The translations under genes and the position numbers were made by a program. A stretch of 63,751 nucleotides of DNA, counting the filler, from Octopus bimaculoides (taxonomy: Eukaryota): NCBI RefSeq assembly GCF_001194135.2. It is 5 parts of 5 records of this genome, joined end to end, with 100 filler letters (N's around TTAATTAATTAA, not from the genome) between each part and the next. Parts side by side here need not be neighbours in the genome. Positions count along the whole stretch, not along the records: positions 61,124 to 63,751 come from NC_069004.1; 4 more parts are not named here. One strand, written 5' to 3'. Every line of letters begins with the position of its first letter. The stretch's first letter is position 1. Below, piece by piece: positions 63,140 through 63,751 of the stretch. Under the pieces are notes generated by a model. That model was not told the DNA's origin, did no database searches, and saw only the letters and a program-made list of their open reading frames with translations.

Positions 63140-63751
63140 TCTACACAGCTTTATGGCAACAAAGAATAATGATAATTGTTGTCTGTGACAGTCTCTGCTG
63201 CTGCTGCTGCTGCTGCTGTTGCAACCACCGACTGATTCCTCTCTGACAGACTACTGCTGCAGTTGCTGCTGCTGCCTCGACCATCTGTGTTGGAAGCTAA
63301 CCGCGCTGCTTTCGCCGTCGCCCGTTTCTTCTCTCCTTCGAATGCAGCCACAGTTGAGATCGCTGCTGCTATCCTTCCATACTTGAAAGCAGCGTTCGAG
63401 GTAGAACTGACAGAACGAAATCATTTCCTGTCGACGAAGAGCAATCTATGCTTCTTTCTCTCTCCTCCATCAAATCCACCCGACAACACCTGACCTACCT
63501 ACCTACCTACCCACCTACACGACCTACCTACTCACGAAAGCCCATACATATTGCTGACCTCTACCTGACCACTAAATAAATGAAGCGGAGGGGACGGGGA
63601 GGGGTGGGGTGGGTTGTCTTTTTATGTACTTAGTTATTTTATGTTGTTTTATTGGTTGTGTTTATCGTGGAATTGGCAGCGAAACATTACTTGTAAATAT
63701 GGCAGCAGCCGTAATAATAGAAAAGAAATCACACAGAACGAATGATTGCCA
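63140..63751. promoter_or_regulatory. Putative promoter/5' UTR region of a gene not otherwise seen
   Basis: Locally CpG-rich unique sequence with (CTG)n, a G-rich GCGGAGGGACGGGGAGGGGTGGGG tract, ATTGG, and a YY1-like AATATGGC. No convincing ATG-initiated ORF. Confidence 0.3.

Noticed and set aside
63263-63493. Ala-rich ORFs at the window end
   Set aside because: They arise from CTG/GCT repeats, use non-ATG starts, and show no domain similarity that I recognise.

Overview
This is an AT-rich, microsatellite-dense eukaryotic scaffold with many N gaps. It is most likely a coleoid cephalopod (octopus-like), inferred from the SINE, RTE and MITE families I recognise. There is one clear protein-coding gene: an intronless, 618-codon GALNT7/pgant7-type polypeptide GalNAc-transferase (7225-9081, +). 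Most of the rest is transposon debris: a full-length inactivated mariner, a second mariner interrupted by a SINE, a Tc1 relic, a Helitron helicase 3' end, RTE-type LINE fragments with a shared (GAT)n-tailed 3' module, tRNA-derived SINE families and several MITE/foldback families. The most interesting structure is a 5'-truncated Penelope-like element (18341-19828). Its GIY-YIG remnant is bracketed by inverted pseudo-LTRs, and each pseudo-LTR carries a minimal hammerhead-ribozyme-like motif with palindromic helices. Other leads are several near-perfect hairpins, a minisatellite built from a SINE A-box, and splice-signal islands that may be exons of an unannotated gene. No prokaryote-type system (CRISPR etc.) is present. 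All alignments were done by eye, so many repeat boundaries are approximate.
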